From contig JBHLLU010000026.1 of assembly GCA_048938895.1 (NCBI GenBank), positions 1 to 57,577 on the forward strand: a stretch of DNA of 57,577 nt. Direction: 5' to 3'. The position numbers were made by a program, and so were the translations under genes. This DNA comes from Promethearchaeota archaeon (GTDB taxonomy: Archaea; Asgardarchaeota; Lokiarchaeia; Sigyniarchaeales; SOKP01). A model generated the notes under the pieces. That model was not told the origin of the DNA, searched no databases, and saw only the letters and a list, made by a program, of their open reading frames with translations. Below, piece by piece: positions 20,131 through 29,915 of this stretch (position 1 is its first letter; each line of letters starts with the position of its first letter).

Positions 20131-20739
20131 TTATTTGGAAATTTTACCTTGAATAATAAAATCTTCTAGAGATTCTTCTTCATAAATCTCAAGGTCTTTG
20201 AGATATGGGGTTAAAAACTCAATTAATGTTGTTAATTCCTGATTTTTTTTTAAAATTGAAAATTTAACATCACATTTATAGGAAGCAACTCGAAAAAGTT
20301 CTTCAATTCCTTGTCTGAAATTTGGTAAATTCTGAAAGGATGTAAATGAAAATATTGTTGTAAATATTTTTTCTCGAAAAGGTAAATTGTCTATGTCAGA
20401 TAGTACGATGGAGACATATTTTCTATCTTTAAGTTTGCTTAGTTTTGCCTTAAATTTTCTTAGCATTTTCTGTGAAATATCTATTGCAACGTAAATATTC
20501 CCAAGTGAGCCTTTAAATATTCGGGATTTTAAAATAAATTCAAATAAAAGCCCCGTACCACAACCTATATCTAAAATTCTCTTTTCTCTTAGTACATACT
20601 TATTAAAAGTTCTCGTATATTTTGATTCTTGAATTGCTTTATATCTTTTGTCATAAAAAGGAGCTGATGAATTATAACTATTTATAATTTTAATCTTTTT
20701 ATCTGAAGGCCTAAGATGATTCTTCAATAATAAAACCAA
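20131..20739 (-). CDS. Class I SAM-dependent methyltransferase
   Basis: ILDIGCGTG, AIDIS..ML, D..NLPF motifs. Confidence 0.85.
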   Translation of the reverse strand: MVLLLKNHLRPSDKKIKIINSYNSSAPFYDKRYKAIQESKYTRTFNKYVLREKRILDIGCGTGLLFEFILKSRIFKGSLGNIYVAIDISQKMLRKFKAKLSKLKDRKYVSIVLSDIDNLPFREKIFTTIFSFTSFQNLPNFRQGIEELFRVASYKCDVKFSILKKNQELTTLIEFLTPYLKDLEIYEEESLEDFIIQGKISK

Positions 20740-20854
20740 ACAACTTTAATCTTTCTATTTTAAATATCGATAATAAGGTTTTAATTGAAAAAAAATTATC
20801 TTTAAATTATCTTTTCAATAAAAGTAATTAAATTTGTTATAAAAAGGTTGTAAA

Positions 20855-21118
20855 ATGTCATATAGGGATAATAATCAGCAGAGGTCAAAAAATCCTCTTT
20901 CAATATTACAAGCCGCACAAAACTCAATCATCTTGCTTAGGTTAAAAGATGGCACAGAATATAAAGGATTATTGAAGGAGATCGATGCATATATGAATAT
21001 GATTCTTGAGGATGCCACGGAAATGCTTGAAGGGACGCCTGTCGCCAAATATAATGAGATCTTCATTCGGGGGAATAATCTCCTCTTTATAAAACCAGAT
21101 GCCTCTCAAGTCATATGA
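20855..21118 (+). CDS. Sm-like (Lsm/SmAP1) RNA-binding protein
   Basis: Sm1 LKDGTEYKGLLKEIDAYMNMILEDATE and Sm2 IFIRGNN. Confidence 0.95.
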   Translation: MSYRDNNQQRSKNPLSILQAAQNSIILLRLKDGTEYKGLLKEIDAYMNMILEDATEMLEGTPVAKYNEIFIRGNNLLFIKPDASQVI

Positions 21119-21156
21119 CTTAGTTTATAAATTAAACCAAACCTTTGGTATTATTC

Positions 21157-22044
21157 TCATTTTAGGTTTTTTGGATCCACTTCAACACCACTTATCATTG
21201 CAAATGAAGCAGGATTATATCCTCGATAATTTGCTGAAGAAAAAATAGATAACAGGCGCTTATGAAAAAACCACCGATATCCTTCTGGGAAACATTCGTG
21301 TGCTCTGAGAATAAATGAGAGGTTATTTTTATTCAGAAATGTTTCGAAAACATCCTCCCCAAAAAATTTAATCCCTGGGCCTCTAAAACTGTCAGAAAAA
21401 CCCTCCAAATCCGTTTTGGGATCATTCCACATGATTTGGATTATAGCTTGAGAAACAGATTCAAAAATTAAGTTTAAATTTTTAGTTTTAATATTTCTTA
21501 ATTTATCCAATATTTCAAAATCTTGGGGAATACCACCATGAAGACAAAGAATGGTATGGTTTATTAGAGCACATAAAGGGAGCACATTATAGACATCTAA
21601 AATTTCCTTGAACTTGTCTAAATTCTGGAATCTACTCATGAAATCCTGAACAAATCCATAGTATTGATTCATTTCTAATGTTTCATGATTTCCTTTCAAT
21701 AAAAAGTATCTTTTAGGTTCTAATATTTTTAAAACAAATACAAATAGTAAACATTCTAATTGTTTAGGACCTCGATCAACAATATCACCTAAAAATATCA
21801 CGAATTCTGGATTTTTTTCATTTATTTTTTCAAATAATTTTAATAGGGTATTTAGATCTCCATGAATATCTCCTATTACATACACTTTCTCATTTACATC
21901 CACTAAATTGAATTCTAAAAGCAAATTCTCCTTCTCAAATATGGTTTTAACAGTTTGTAAAATTATGGAAATGGTACCTAAATCTACTTCAGATAGCATT
22001 TTCGGCCTAGTAATCAAGTTTTTCAAAACATTAGAGTCAATCAA
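21157..22044 (-). CDS. PPP-family Ser/Thr protein phosphatase
   Basis: GDIHG, GDIVDRG, GNHE, HGGI, MWNDP, RGPG, RAHE, SIFSSANY. Confidence 0.94.
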   Translation of the reverse strand: MIDSNVLKNLITRPKMLSEVDLGTISIILQTVKTIFEKENLLLEFNLVDVNEKVYVIGDIHGDLNTLLKLFEKINEKNPEFVIFLGDIVDRGPKQLECLLFVFVLKILEPKRYFLLKGNHETLEMNQYYGFVQDFMSRFQNLDKFKEILDVYNVLPLCALINHTILCLHGGIPQDFEILDKLRNIKTKNLNLIFESVSQAIIQIMWNDPKTDLEGFSDSFRGPGIKFFGEDVFETFLNKNNLSFILRAHECFPEGYRWFFHKRLLSIFSSANYRGYNPASFAMISGVEVDPKNLK

Positions 22045-22209
22045 CTATTTTCCTCTTCATGGGATTAATTCAGAAATTTAGCTCTTTTAAGAATTTATTA
22101 TTTTTAATATAGTTTCTATAATTTTTATTAATAAGGAAATCTAAATTAAAAACAGAATTAACTGAAAATAGTATAAAATCTAATTAAATATTAAGTTTCA
22201 TTTGAAAAA

Positions 22210-24315
22210 TTGTCCTTCAATAAATTCTTACTTCATCTAGAGAAGAGAATCAGGAACTTTGAGAAAGAAAAAGGAAATGAAAGATCTGAACGTCGAGATT
22301 TAGGGACAATTTATACCCCAAAGCCTATTGTTGATTACATAGTAATGAATGTACTTAGGTTATATCTTGAGGATGTTTTTAATTTTCCAAAGATCTTAAA
22401 TAACAACTCTTTTCTTGAGATGTTCCATCAAGAATTATCCAAAAATAAGTATTTACAAAAAAAATATATCCAAAAGCTTCAGAATATTAGGATTTTGGAT
22501 CCTGCATGTGGTTCTGGAAGGTTTTTAATCTCAATTGCGGAATATCTATTTAATCTATTTAAACTTTTAAATCTTGAACTAACAGATTATCAGTTAAAAA
22601 AGAATATCGTAGAGAAAAATTTATATGGTATTGAAATAGAAACCACAGCTCACCTTATTACTAAATTAAGATTAATATCTTGGGTTATTTCAGGTAGCGA
22701 AGAAAAGATTAATCTTCCTCCTATCAATTTTGAAGAAATAGATTTAGAAGGCATTAACCAAATGATTGCTGGGTTAGATATTAATTTCAATCTATTCAAT
22801 TTGGACTTTCTTCTGGAGTTTGAATCAAATAAGTTTGATCTTATCATAGGAAATCCCCCTTATGTTGAAAATAAAAAAATTTCTAATCTGAAATTTAAGC
22901 ATGATTTAAAAAGAAAATTTAAGTCAGCCTATCGCCTATTTGATCTTTCAATTGTGTTTATAGAGAAAGCGCTAGAATTACTCAAGGAAGATCATGCCTA
23001 TCTGTCTATGATTACTATTAATAAATTCTTATCAGCTGATTATGGGATATATATACGTGAGTTACTCGTAAATAATACAGAGCTTAAAGAGATAATTAAT
23101 ATATCCTCTCTACCAATTTTTGGAAAAACGGCAGTTTACCCAATAATTATTACTCTTAAAAATCGTATTCCAAGAGCAAATCATACCATCCTTATAAAGA
23201 TTTATAAAGAGATTAACGAGTTTAATGAAGATAGTCATGTAGAGTCACAAATTCTACCTCAAAAACTTATTAAGAAAGTTCCAGCATTTGTTTTCCCTAT
23301 TTTTGGTCAAATAGATTTAATGAATTACCTGTTCAGTAAATTCAAATCTTTTACAGATGTAATAAAAGATTTCAAGATTACATATAGACCATATGGGTTT
23401 ATTAATTGGTCCAAACATCTTAACAAAATAAACATTAGTGATGAATATTCAGAAAAGGATTTAATATTAATTGGTACAGGCAATATAGGTAAATATCACA
23501 TAAAGTTTGATAAATATATCAAAATCGCAAAAAAAAATATACCGCTCTCTTACTTTAAATATCAAAATGAGTTTGAAAACATTTGGGAGATTTTAAAGAA
23601 CCAAAAATTGATTTTCCGGGAAATCGCTAAGGATTTAACTTGGATTTATGATCCTGGGATATATACAAATGTAACTGGATTATACTTTGTGAATATTCCC
23701 TCATTCACTCAAAATAAGCTTTTTAGCCTACTAACTATAATGAATTCAAAATTAATGAACAAGATATTTAAAACATTATTTAGTTCTCTCCATATGGCTG
23801 GGGGATATTTAAGGTTCAATGGGAGTTTTATAAAAAAATTGCCTCTCCCTCAAGAATTTCCTTTATCTTTATCATTTTGTGGTAAATATCTACAAATATT
23901 ATCTCAGCTAAACTACGATTTTAATTCTAAATATACGGAAGGAAAATCAGATTTGATTGCTTTAAAAGAAAAATTTCAGGAAGAAATTATATCATTAATA
24001 CAATTTTTTAACAATCTTGGTAATTCCATGGTAAATCTGCTCTATCTAGATGACCTCTATTTAGAGCATAATATAGATTATTATCTTCTTCGTGAACTTT
24101 TATACTCAAAAGAAAACCTGAATACAATTCCATTTAAATATTTATTTCCTCGATACAAAATAGATAAATACAATACTTATACGTTAGATGAACTTGAGTC
24201 TATAATAAATAAAATCAGGGCTCATTCAGAATTTATAAGCAATAATGAACTTCTCATAAAGCAAATAAACGAAATTATAAACAAGGCTATTCTTTTAAAG
24301 AATAAGTATGGGTAA
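22210..24315 (+). CDS. N6-adenine DNA methyltransferase (gamma class, TaqI/Eco57I-like) with target-recognition region; no nuclease domain evident
   Basis: GTIYTP, ILDPACGSGRFL (motif I), LYGIE, IIGNPPY (motif IV), C-terminal MNSK...GGYLRF. Confidence 0.85.
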   Translation: MSFNKFLLHLEKRIRNFEKEKGNERSERRDLGTIYTPKPIVDYIVMNVLRLYLEDVFNFPKILNNNSFLEMFHQELSKNKYLQKKYIQKLQNIRILDPACGSGRFLISIAEYLFNLFKLLNLELTDYQLKKNIVEKNLYGIEIETTAHLITKLRLISWVISGSEEKINLPPINFEEIDLEGINQMIAGLDINFNLFNLDFLLEFESNKFDLIIGNPPYVENKKISNLKFKHDLKRKFKSAYRLFDLSIVFIEKALELLKEDHAYLSMITINKFLSADYGIYIRELLVNNTELKEIINISSLPIFGKTAVYPIIITLKNRIPRANHTILIKIYKEINEFNEDSHVESQILPQKLIKKVPAFVFPIFGQIDLMNYLFSKFKSFTDVIKDFKITYRPYGFINWSKHLNKINISDEYSEKDLILIGTGNIGKYHIKFDKYIKIAKKNIPLSYFKYQNEFENIWEILKNQKLIFREIAKDLTWIYDPGIYTNVTGLYFVNIPSFTQNKLFSLLTIMNSKLMNKIFKTLFSSLHMAGGYLRFNGSFIKKLPLPQEFPLSLSFCGKYLQILSQLNYDFNSKYTEGKSDLIALKEKFQEEIISLIQFFNNLGNSMVNLLYLDDLYLEHNIDYYLLRELLYSKENLNTIPFKYLFPRYKIDKYNTYTLDELESIINKIRAHSEFISNNELLIKQINEIINKAILLKNKYG

Positions 24316-24454
24316 TTTGATAATTAGTTCAATTCTGATCTCCTTATATAAACAAATTTTACCTACTTAAAATGTAATAGAATTAAATTTTAGAAAATAT
24401 TATAGATCAAAAAAACTCAAATGTAAAAATTAATAGTATATATTCGTGATAGAC

Positions 24455-24769
24455 ATGGCTAAAAAAAAGAGCGCTCCAAGTGAAGAAGAAGATTATGAAA
24501 TTCCAGATGGAAAAGTGGATGAGGAAGGGGATGAAGTCATCGATTTAGATGATTGGAAGGATAATTTAGAAGAGGATGTCATATATGAAATCCCTGACGA
24601 CGATGATATGATCGAAGAAGAAACTGAAGATGAAGAATTCGGCATGGAAGTTGATGAAGTTGTGAAAATGTTGCGGGATGTTAAATGCAACCCATGCCCT
24701 GGTTTGAAAAGTAAACCAGATTGCAAAATTGCTCATGATTATGGATGTCCAAAACCAAAAAAGCCATAA
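24455..24769 (+). CDS. Small, highly acidic protein with a C-terminal four-Cys motif
   Basis: D/E-rich core and CNPC-x8-C-x7-C. Probable start is ATG 24455 (ORF track starts at GTG 24446). Confidence 0.75.
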   Translation: MAKKKSAPSEEEDYEIPDGKVDEEGDEVIDLDDWKDNLEEDVIYEIPDDDDMIEEETEDEEFGMEVDEVVKMLRDVKCNPCPGLKSKPDCKIAHDYGCPKPKKP

Positions 24770-24807
24770 TAACTTCCCTTTATTTTTTTATTTGTCACCA
24801 ACCCTAA

Positions 24808-25839
24808 ATGCTTTTGATCATATTATTTCAGTTGAAAAAATTGATTTCAAATACTTTAAAACGTATAATATTAATAAGTATTGATATTCTCTTTAGTTGG
24901 TTTATTTGGGAAATAAATATTTCACTGGGAAATCCATGTTATAGCATTGCCTTCTCAAGATGTTTTGTATTGTCAATGACTACATTTCTAATTGTATATA
25001 CTCCATTTGAAATTTATTGGTCATTTAGAGATTTATGGTTTGATAGATGGGGAGGATTTTCTTCCAAAGAATTCGAAGAAAGAGATATTTCTATAAAAGT
25101 GTCAGAGGGGTATTTATCAGGATTGTTAGTAAAACTTAAAAACCCATCAAAAATTCTTATGAAAAATTCTATCGTTTTAATCTGTCATGGGTTCTCTGAT
25201 ACAAAAGAAACACTTCAATATTATTATTATCCTCTTGCCTATCAAGGTTATATCATTTTAATATATGATGCGAGAGGTACTGGTAAATCAAAAAGAACTG
25301 GTCATCGGAGTGATTTTATAAAACGCATTGAAGATTTTAAAAAGGTAATTACATGGATAAAATCTAAAGAGGAATTTTCTAAATTAAAAATAAATTGTAT
25401 AGGGTTTAGTATAGGTGCTTTAACAATACTTTCTGGGGGATTTAGAGACAAATCTATAAATAAAATAGTTGCTATCTCTTCAATGTCTCATTATAAAGAA
25501 AATATATCTAAATCAAATCCGCTAATGATATTAAGCTATGTATTGAAAGGTGTAAAATTATTTCCAAGCGAAAACGATAATAAAATTCTTTCCCCTTATC
25601 TAGTAATCGAAGATACAAAAAGGAACTGTTCAAAAGATGAATGGGAAGCCTATTCAAAAAGAGTAAAATTGGTACACTCTAAAAATGATAAAATAATTAA
25701 ATTTAGAAATTTTGAAGAGAATAGATCTATTTTAGAAAGTTCTGAGAAAGATTTACTTATCTTTAGAAAAGGGGGTCATTCTCAAAAGAAAAACGAGTGT
25801 GCGTTAGTAGGAACAACGCTCAAATTCTTGGAATCCTAA
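24808..25839 (+). CDS. Membrane-associated alpha/beta hydrolase
   Basis: Hydrophobic N-terminus; ICHGF, YDARGTGKS, GFSIG, HSKND, GGH. Confidence 0.8.
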   Translation: MLLIILFQLKKLISNTLKRIILISIDILFSWFIWEINISLGNPCYSIAFSRCFVLSMTTFLIVYTPFEIYWSFRDLWFDRWGGFSSKEFEERDISIKVSEGYLSGLLVKLKNPSKILMKNSIVLICHGFSDTKETLQYYYYPLAYQGYIILIYDARGTGKSKRTGHRSDFIKRIEDFKKVITWIKSKEEFSKLKINCIGFSIGALTILSGGFRDKSINKIVAISSMSHYKENISKSNPLMILSYVLKGVKLFPSENDNKILSPYLVIEDTKRNCSKDEWEAYSKRVKLVHSKNDKIIKFRNFEENRSILESSEKDLLIFRKGGHSQKKNECALVGTTLKFLES

Positions 25840-25882
25840 AAATGTGAAATTTACAGAATATAAAATTTCTAGAGAAAAACCG

Positions 25883-27049
25883 TTAGAAAAGCATAAGCAT
25901 TTGCTTTATTGATTCGACAACTAATTGAATACTCAGTTTAAAAATCTTAGTCTTTTTGACAAAATAATTTTCGTCTTCCTTCGATTTATCAATCTCATCA
26001 AAAATGTTGAAAAAATGTTTTAATGACTCTAACTCAATCGAATAAATTCCTTTCCTGGTTGTAACATCATTCAAATTCACAAAACAACCATGATTAGTAA
26101 ATTTATGAGTAAAAGCAGGGAAAGCTGTTTCCCACAATATATCTTTTATTTCATCATACACTTTTTGAGCTAAAATATTACATATTTTCTTACTTCTGCT
26201 GCCATAACAGAAATAGAATGGCAAATTTTCGTGATTCTTAGCTATATACTTAGTAAGATTGTAATAGAGCCTGTTAACTTCTTCTGTAGTTAAGTTTATG
26301 TGAGAGTGAAAGGGATCAGAACTGCATTTATAAAACAGTGGTTTTCTTTTATTGTGGATATTGTTTAATTGAATAATATTATGAACTATTTCCTCCTCCA
26401 GCCAATGAGAAAATTTGTAGTTAATTGAATCTATTTGAAGAGTACTACTTAACCTTGTAAGAAATTTATCAAAGAGAGAAGTTTCGTGAAAATCTAGAAT
26501 ATATATAGAGATATGATCTCTCTCCCAATAGTGTATTAGGAATTTTTTAAAGATTTCAGCGTGCTCAGGAATCGGAGATTGATTTATATCATTTTTTCCA
26601 CTTTTATACTCAGGAGCAAACGTTTTTCTCCAAAAACGGTTCAAATTAGTCCCATTTTTTAAATAATAGCCTGATTTATTGTCTCTTGTTGGATGTAAAA
26701 AACCATAAGGATTCATTAAAGGGGCAAAAATCACCATTTGATCTCTTTTAAGAATTTCATCATACTTTATTAGGGAATTTTCCACCATCCTAAAAAATTC
26801 TATTATTCCAAAAAGTCCATTATATTCATTGTGTTGAGCCCCCACAAAAATTTTCAAATATTTCATCTTATCTGGGCTCAATGATTTTGCTATTGTTATA
26901 ATAGGGATTTTTCCTTCAGGTGTTAAAAATTCGTAATAATGAACATATTGTAAATTAGAAAACTTTTTCAATTGTTTTAAAATTTTTTCAAAAAAATTTT
27001 GCCTGTTTTCTATATCCAATAGATCACTAATTATTTCTAGGTCAGACAT
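25883..27049 (-). CDS. M14-type zinc carboxypeptidase/deacylase-like protein
   Basis: GAQHNE (variant of HxxE), PLMNPYG, NLNRFW, LDFHE and C-terminal SIELE candidate catalytic Glu. Confidence 0.72.
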   Translation of the reverse strand: MSDLEIISDLLDIENRQNFFEKILKQLKKFSNLQYVHYYEFLTPEGKIPIITIAKSLSPDKMKYLKIFVGAQHNEYNGLFGIIEFFRMVENSLIKYDEILKRDQMVIFAPLMNPYGFLHPTRDNKSGYYLKNGTNLNRFWRKTFAPEYKSGKNDINQSPIPEHAEIFKKFLIHYWERDHISIYILDFHETSLFDKFLTRLSSTLQIDSINYKFSHWLEEEIVHNIIQLNNIHNKRKPLFYKCSSDPFHSHINLTTEEVNRLYYNLTKYIAKNHENLPFYFCYGSRSKKICNILAQKVYDEIKDILWETAFPAFTHKFTNHGCFVNLNDVTTRKGIYSIELESLKHFFNIFDEIDKSKEDENYFVKKTKIFKLSIQLVVESIKQMLMLF

Positions 27050-27052
27050 TAG

Positions 27053-28501
27053 CTATTCAATAATTTTTTCCCATTCAGAGAAATTTACAATTTTTTCATA
27101 ATTTTTGACAATACTCGCAAATAAAGTGCAACCAATACAAAACATGTTTTCAAAATCTTTTTCACTTAAATTTAATAGTTTGCAATTTTGTGTAGAAAAA
27201 CCAATTCCTCTTTCTACTTCAATTTGACCATCATAGCCAGATAGATTTACCACAAACTCTTCCTTCTTTAATCCCTCTGAAAAATTTCCACGTGCGATTC
27301 TTGCCAAGCCACCAATTGGGATCACTTTACCATTGTTTTGAGCTAAATAGATCCTTAAATCAAATGTGTGTTTTTGCTCTTTCCAATCTATTAAAGAAAA
27401 ATCTGCTTTTTCTTGTATGGTATACGGGTAGGGATCTCGATCTTTCATAAATTTTGCATAAAATTCATTCTTACTCATATCAATGATCTTTTTTAAGTTA
27501 GCGGGATAGTCTTCTAAAGAAACAGGGATGACTCCAGATCCTCCTGATCCCCCATTAGGTTTTATAATAAAAGATTTATTATAATTTTTTAATAGATAAC
27601 TAAGTTTATTTATTAATTCATCCTCATTAAAAGCTTTAGTAAATATTAAATATCTAAGATTAAACTTTTGTAAAGTTTCTTTACAATAATAACTTGCGAG
27701 GTAAGTTAGAGACTTATCATCAGTCACTTTGAAAATAGGATTAACAATTATAGTATTGATTTTTAGGAAATCTTCTCTTATTTGTTGGTGAAATACCACA
27801 TCATTAACACGCCTTGCAATACCATCACCAATTAACACACTTATCTTTTCACCCTTATACGTAACCCAATTATCATTGAAAGAGAGAGATGTAGAAAGCT
27901 GGCTATAATCAGCAATCAAAAATATTATTTTAGCCTTAAAATTGATGTCAAAACTTTCTTTATTAAAAATCTTCACTGTAAGACCTTCAGATTTAAGAGT
28001 TTTTCTGAAAAACTCAATCATAATAACTTTTTCATGAATTAAAGCATCATTAACCGGTACGCCTACTAATACAAAAACTTTATCATCTTCTCTCCTATTT
28101 CTTTTAATTGCATGATGGATGGCTTTAGTATAACCATTATATAATAATTCTTGTTGTTTTTTAGTAATAATTGAAAGACCTCTATGAGATCCACCATTTG
28201 TTTCTAAAAGAAAAAATTTTTTGCCTTCAGGTTCATCAGATACCATGAAGTCAATACTACCAGAATAAAATGAATCTTTTTTGAGAAGAAAATTATCTTG
28301 GTTTTGCCTCATATTTTCTATTGCTTTATTTCTTATAAGATCTACAAACTTTTCCTCCTGTGAAGCCCGTAAATCTGCAAAAGAAACTAAATCTAAACCT
28401 AAAGAATTCCCAAGTTTGATTAATTCAAGGTCAGATTCGCTAATTTTAGCAGACATTAATTTGAGGAATTTAGTTAATAAATCCTTTTTCATGAAAACCA
28501 T
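27053..28501 (-). CDS. Circularly permuted ATP-grasp peptide/amide ligase
   Basis: SIDF...LLETNGG (D84, E100, N102) lies near the N-terminus; DDK, IIKPNGGSGGSGV, YTIQE, FDLRIY, ARIAR and VVNLS follow. Confidence 0.8.
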   Translation of the reverse strand: MVFMKKDLLTKFLKLMSAKISESDLELIKLGNSLGLDLVSFADLRASQEEKFVDLIRNKAIENMRQNQDNFLLKKDSFYSGSIDFMVSDEPEGKKFFLLETNGGSHRGLSIITKKQQELLYNGYTKAIHHAIKRNRREDDKVFVLVGVPVNDALIHEKVIMIEFFRKTLKSEGLTVKIFNKESFDINFKAKIIFLIADYSQLSTSLSFNDNWVTYKGEKISVLIGDGIARRVNDVVFHQQIREDFLKINTIIVNPIFKVTDDKSLTYLASYYCKETLQKFNLRYLIFTKAFNEDELINKLSYLLKNYNKSFIIKPNGGSGGSGVIPVSLEDYPANLKKIIDMSKNEFYAKFMKDRDPYPYTIQEKADFSLIDWKEQKHTFDLRIYLAQNNGKVIPIGGLARIARGNFSEGLKKEEFVVNLSGYDGQIEVERGIGFSTQNCKLLNLSEKDFENMFCIGCTLFASIVKNYEKIVNFSEWEKIIE

Positions 28502-28641
28502 TCGAAATTGAAATTTTCTATTTAATAATTCTAACGTTAAATTATTTTATATTTTTTTACCACACAAAAAACTCAATTAAGAAATTAAAATAAAGAGAAA
28601 CTATTGAATTCCTTTTTTGATTATTATCTTTCAAATAATAT

Positions 28642-29874
28642 TTATAAATACAAATATCCCTGATGATTACCTTTAGTGGATAGTCTAAGACTACCGAGTA
28701 AAATTTTCTTCACACGGAGTTGTTGTTTATAACTTACATTAGAATATAATAGGATATAGTTTTTCTCAACGTTAATTGTAAAGAGAAGACCAATTTCTAT
28801 TAGCTCGGAATCCTCTGTTAATAAACCAATTATAACATAATGATAAGGAAGATTTATTAAATCCTTGATATCTACTTCTATTTCAATTATTTCATCCTTC
28901 TCTTTGTTAAAGTCCGTTTTAATAAACTTAATATCATTTAAAGGAATAGAAATTTTTCTAAAATCCTCAAACTTTTTTGAAAATTGACTTTGTCTTAAAA
29001 ATCTTCTTTCATCCTTATCTCTTTCATAGAAGTATTTATTTCCATTTTCAAGGAGGTACATTTTTCTATTTTTATTTTGGATTGAAGCAGTTTTTTCAAT
29101 TTCCTTTAATTCTTCGATCGTATCATCATGAAAAGCAATTATAATATCAGGATCGACACTTTTTATGAAGAAATTCTTATAGATGATACCTGCTTCCGTT
29201 TTTATCCACCCGTCAGTATCAATTAATACAAAATCAATGCCTTTATTTTCTTTTATGTATTCATCAATCATTTTCCTGCATGAAATTGACACGATATATT
29301 TATAATCTCCTTTAGGAAAGGTTGCGCCTATAAATACCGTATTTTCGGATTGAATATCTTCACTAGAAATAATATAATCATTTATTGTTCCTAGATTTAT
29401 TGTAGTAGGAATATAAATTAATTGTTGTCCAAGATCCGAGTCAAGATAACCTCCATTTAATCCTTCTTTTAGAAAATTATTTGCTAAATACTTAATTAGT
29501 GTTGTTTTACCACTGCTAAAACCAAGTACCATAATTTTTAAAGGAGATTCTCTCTCTTTTTTAAGCTTATCTACTATCTCATTTTTTATTTGAATCCATT
29601 TTGGTGATATCGAATTTTCTTTAACTAGCTTCAAATTTTCTTCATTACTAATATAGACATCCAGTTCAATATTCTTATTAGCATATAGAGGAAAAGATTG
29701 AGCACTGGGTATAATCAGAACATTTTGATCGTCGTTATTATTGATATTTGACGTTGAATTTTCCTTTATTGGTTGAAAAACCTTTCCTAGAACCTCTAAT
29801 TCTCCTTTTAATAATGTTATTCTTGCGGGACCTTTTACTATTAGAGTATTTCCCTTATCAATATTCTTAATCAT
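28642..29874 (-). CDS. Clp1/Nol9/Grc3-family polynucleotide 5'-kinase
   Basis: N-terminal VKGPARITLLKGELEVLG beta domain, SGKTT, DSDLGQ..I..PTT, LIDTDGW, R...R lid. Confidence 0.88.
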   Translation of the reverse strand: MIKNIDKGNTLIVKGPARITLLKGELEVLGKVFQPIKENSTSNINNNDDQNVLIIPSAQSFPLYANKNIELDVYISNEENLKLVKENSISPKWIQIKNEIVDKLKKERESPLKIMVLGFSSGKTTLIKYLANNFLKEGLNGGYLDSDLGQQLIYIPTTINLGTINDYIISSEDIQSENTVFIGATFPKGDYKYIVSISCRKMIDEYIKENKGIDFVLIDTDGWIKTEAGIIYKNFFIKSVDPDIIIAFHDDTIEELKEIEKTASIQNKNRKMYLLENGNKYFYERDKDERRFLRQSQFSKKFEDFRKISIPLNDIKFIKTDFNKEKDEIIEIEVDIKDLINLPYHYVIIGLLTEDSELIEIGLLFTINVEKNYILLYSNVSYKQQLRVKKILLGSLRLSTKGNHQGYLYL

Positions 29875-29915
29875 GGCTTAATCATCTAATATACAAATTA
29901 ACTTAAAAACATTGT

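Noticed and set aside
22210-24315. Complete Type IIG restriction-modification enzyme
   Set aside because: The protein begins almost directly with the methyltransferase motifs, leaving no room for an N-terminal nuclease domain.
27053-28501. True tubulin-tyrosine ligase orthologue
   Set aside because: FDLRIY is similar, but the motif order is circularly permuted, unlike TTL/TTLL, and no tubulin gene is in the window.
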